Shown piece after piece: positions 20,651 through 23,007 of a stretch of 23,007 nucleotides of DNA. Both the position numbers and the translations under genes were made by a program. Positions within the stretch are counted from its first letter, which is position 1; each line of letters begins with the position of its first letter. The notes beneath the pieces were generated by a model. That model was not told the DNA's origin and did not search any database. It was given only the letters and a program-made list of their open reading frames with translations. Source of the DNA: Folioceros fuciformis (taxonomy: Eukaryota). Location of the stretch: positions 62,001 through 85,007 of the forward strand of contig JBNGIO010006285.1 in the NCBI GenBank assembly GCA_049999805.1, read 5' to 3'.

Positions 20651-21781
20651 ATGCCGATTGCCGAGTTCAAGGCAAGTACTTTAGGACCCCAAGCGATTGA
20701 GTAGGATCTCGTATCTACAGATTCCCCATCATGCTCTGAGTCACAAGCCCCAATATCTAAATTGGCAAAGACCAAATATAAGCTGGAGCGAATGTTGAAG
20801 TCCCTGGTGGTAGACATCAAGCAGCTTCAATGTGACCTAAAGACCTCTCGGGATGAATTATAAGAACTCCAGTCGACATTTCAGAATTCGAAGCAACAGT
20901 ATGAGGATAAAATTCAATCGCAACAGAAAGAGATTGATGACTTGAGGCAAGTGCATGCAGTGGAATTCCCAATAATACAGGCTGATATCACGCAAAATAG
21001 GTACCAAATTAAGTCTATCCAGAAGTAGCTGCCGACATTTGTTCCCAAGCTTCATCTCCCTCAAATTCGATCAAATCTATGGGAACATCACCAGGAACAG
21101 ATGAATTGCCTTCAAAATGACTTGTCCACAACTTATATGCCCAAGACGAACATCCCAGAATTGTGGGAGGGCATTATGGACTATGTGAAAAAGGAGTTAT
21201 CGGGCGAGTGTATGCTTAACAAGGATGTCCCCATATTACGAGATGACATCATGCAAAGAGCCTCATGCCAAATGCGCAGCTTTAAAGCAATTTGTGCACG
21301 AAGAACTCAAGACAATAACTGGCAGATTGGCGGTCTCAAAACTTGAAGTTGCATATCACATCTCTGCGACAAAAGTGATTGTGCAACAAGAGGTCAGCAA
21401 GTTCATCAAGAAACAGGTTCAGCCCTCAACTCCGCTTGACGTTTCTAATTCCCAAAGATTGCTTGTCTTGCCTTCTAATACAGTCACTATCATGGAATCC
21501 CAAGAGCGATTGAGGCGCTCACTTGATTGAGGTTTGCAAGGTTCGAGAACTCCACAACAGGATGTATCTGACTTTCTTGCCACAAAGCTTCATCTCCCTG
21601 GGGTTCCTTTCCAAAATGCCTGGTTGGTTGGGAAGGATCCAGACCGCCCCTTGGTTTTTCTAATTCGATTTCACTCTGCTCAAGATAGGCTTCATATGTC
21701 AAAGGCTCGTACCAACCTTCGGGGTCAAAATATTTTTATTACTGATGATTTAACCAAGTTGTAGGTGAAGACCAAGCAAGC
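20651..21781 (+). pseudogene. Degenerate non-LTR retrotransposon (LINE) ORF1-like gene: coiled coil plus RRM-like domain
   Basis: The frame from ATG 20651 reads through stops at 20702, 20861 and 21026 as a heptad-rich coiled coil (LKSLVVDIKQLQCDLKTSRDEL*ELQSTF...QQKEIDDLRQ). After a frameshift near 21250-21290 it reads ERLRRSLD*GLQG...DRPLVFLIRFHSAQDRLHMSKARTNLRGQNIFITDDLTKL, the pattern of L1/Transposase_22-like ORF1 RRM ends. Confidence 0.7.
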
Positions 21782-21990
21782 TGTTAAAGCATATACAGCG
21801 AATTATATTTCGACTAATATATGGGATAAACTCAGACGAAACGGCGTGACCCTATAAAGTAAGTCGGGTAGATAGGATAATTAGTATTTAACTCACAACA
21901 CTGATAAAGGAAGACACTTTATTATTCAATCGAAAATACATAGGAGAATCGCTCAAAGAATCGCTACACTCCCTAATCTCATTGTTCTCA
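21782..21990 (+). mobile_element. Putative 5' LTR of a Ty1/copia retrotransposon (5' boundary uncertain, TG at 21782 or 21766)
   Basis: TG...CA segment ending immediately before the PBS, with an internal TATA-like CTATAAA near 21852. Confidence 0.6.
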
Positions 21991-22003
21991 TGGTATCAGA
22001 GCC
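21991..22003 (+). mobile_element. Primer-binding site complementary to the 3' end of initiator tRNA-Met
   Basis: TGGTATCAGAGCC directly after ...TCTCA. Confidence 0.9.
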
Positions 22004-22065
22004 ATGCTGAAACCCCCCGAAGAATCTTGGATCTTTCCTTACACACCCTAGCCCAACAACTAGTC

Positions 22066-22758
22066 ATGGCAGCATCGTCAAGCACACCTACCTTTACCTC
22101 ATAACTCAAAGAGAAGGATAGGTTCAAGGGGTCCGGCTACACTGTGTGGAGAGTTAGGATGAAGGCCACCTTGCTGGCCAGGGGAGTCTGGATCGTTGTT
22201 GATAGGACCTACCCCAAACTTAACCCCAACGCCAGTCCTACTCCCACAGCCGATGAAATTGCCAAGTGGGAACAACATAATGCCATTGCTCTTGCCCTGA
22301 TTATCGGTGGGCTGGACGCAGACTTGGTCCCAGAGGTAGAGTACCTCACATCTGCACATGGCATATGGGACCAGTTAGAAAAGACATACAAAATCCATAA
22401 CATAATGACACTATGTGTGGTCAGGCAAGAATTCTTCTCCCTCAAAATGAAAGAAGGAGAAAAGGTGTCCTCACATGTCAGCAGGTTTCAGCACCTACAT
22501 GCCCAGCTCACTCGATAACAGGATAGAAGATGTCAGAGGTGGACGCTATCGCCCAACTGCGGAGTAGCCTTCCTGCTTCCTACCAAACCTTTGTTACGAG
22601 CCAAAACGGCCCGATACGCGCTGTCGTAGCTGCCTCCGGTCAAACAGTGACTATCACCTTGGAGGAGGTGATTGGTGCACTATTCCAGGAGGAGCAGAGT
22701 CGAGCCTTCTCACATGCTTTCAGGAACAAGGGAGAGAAGGCATTAGCTACAAACTTCC
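22066..22758 (+). pseudogene. Ty1/copia gag (UBN2/Retrotran_gag_2-type) pseudogene, truncated before the zinc knuckle
   Basis: ATG 22066, stop at 22102, then FKGSGYTVWRVRMKATLLARGVW...SAHGIWDQLEKTY...FFSLKMKEGEKVSSHVSRF, a frameshift near 22515, then LRSSLPASYQTFV...TLEEVIGALFQEEQ. Confidence 0.85.
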
Positions 22759-23007
22759 TGTGAACGAAAAAAACTTTCGGAACCCCCATTTTGAGCGACG
22801 GAATGAGAAGGTTGTGATTTTTTGTGTGAAGGGACAGACAAATCGACTTAGTAGGTGAATAAGACCAGGGTGTTTATACCCAAAGTCCCCCTTGGGGCTT
22901 TGGGGTTTGGGGTGTACTGGAGACCGGGACAAGGAGAGTGAATGAGCGAGTGCCTCCTTGGCCCTCTGGTCATTGAGAACATTAAGGACCAGGTCTGTAG
23001 GTAGGTG
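22759..23007. mobile_element. Probable start of another LTR (or other insertion) interrupting gag
   Basis: Gag similarity stops abruptly and the new non-coding sequence begins TGTGAACG, a typical LTR 5' terminus; the other end is outside the window. Confidence 0.4.

Overview
Compact, gene-dense nuclear DNA of a land plant with very short GT-AG introns (about 75-250 nt). Tiny introns plus a PLS-PPR gene with lengthened L motifs suggest a seed-free plant, most likely a hornwort (inference). Left to right: (1) the 3' part of a very large single-exon ORF encoding a disordered protein with a two-tier tandem repeat array and a Y/P/Q-rich tail; (2) a decayed, intron-containing copy of part of the neighbouring enoyl-ACP reductase gene, ending exactly on the probable start codon of (3) a PLS-E/E+ PPR RNA-editing factor; (4) a 12-exon plastid enoyl-ACP reductase (ENR/FabI) on the minus strand; (5) a 3-exon group IId WRKY gene on the minus strand; (6) a divergently transcribed 3-exon small transmembrane/coiled-coil gene; (7) a W-box-rich non-coding region with two strong hairpins; (8) a nested transposon zone: LINE-type ORF1 remnant, then a Ty1/copia LTR-PBS-gag remnant, then probably another LTR. 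The most unusual signals are the ENR-derived antisense fragment that appears to supply the 5' end of the PPR gene, the YG-repeat scaffold-like protein, and a pri-miRNA-like hairpin.
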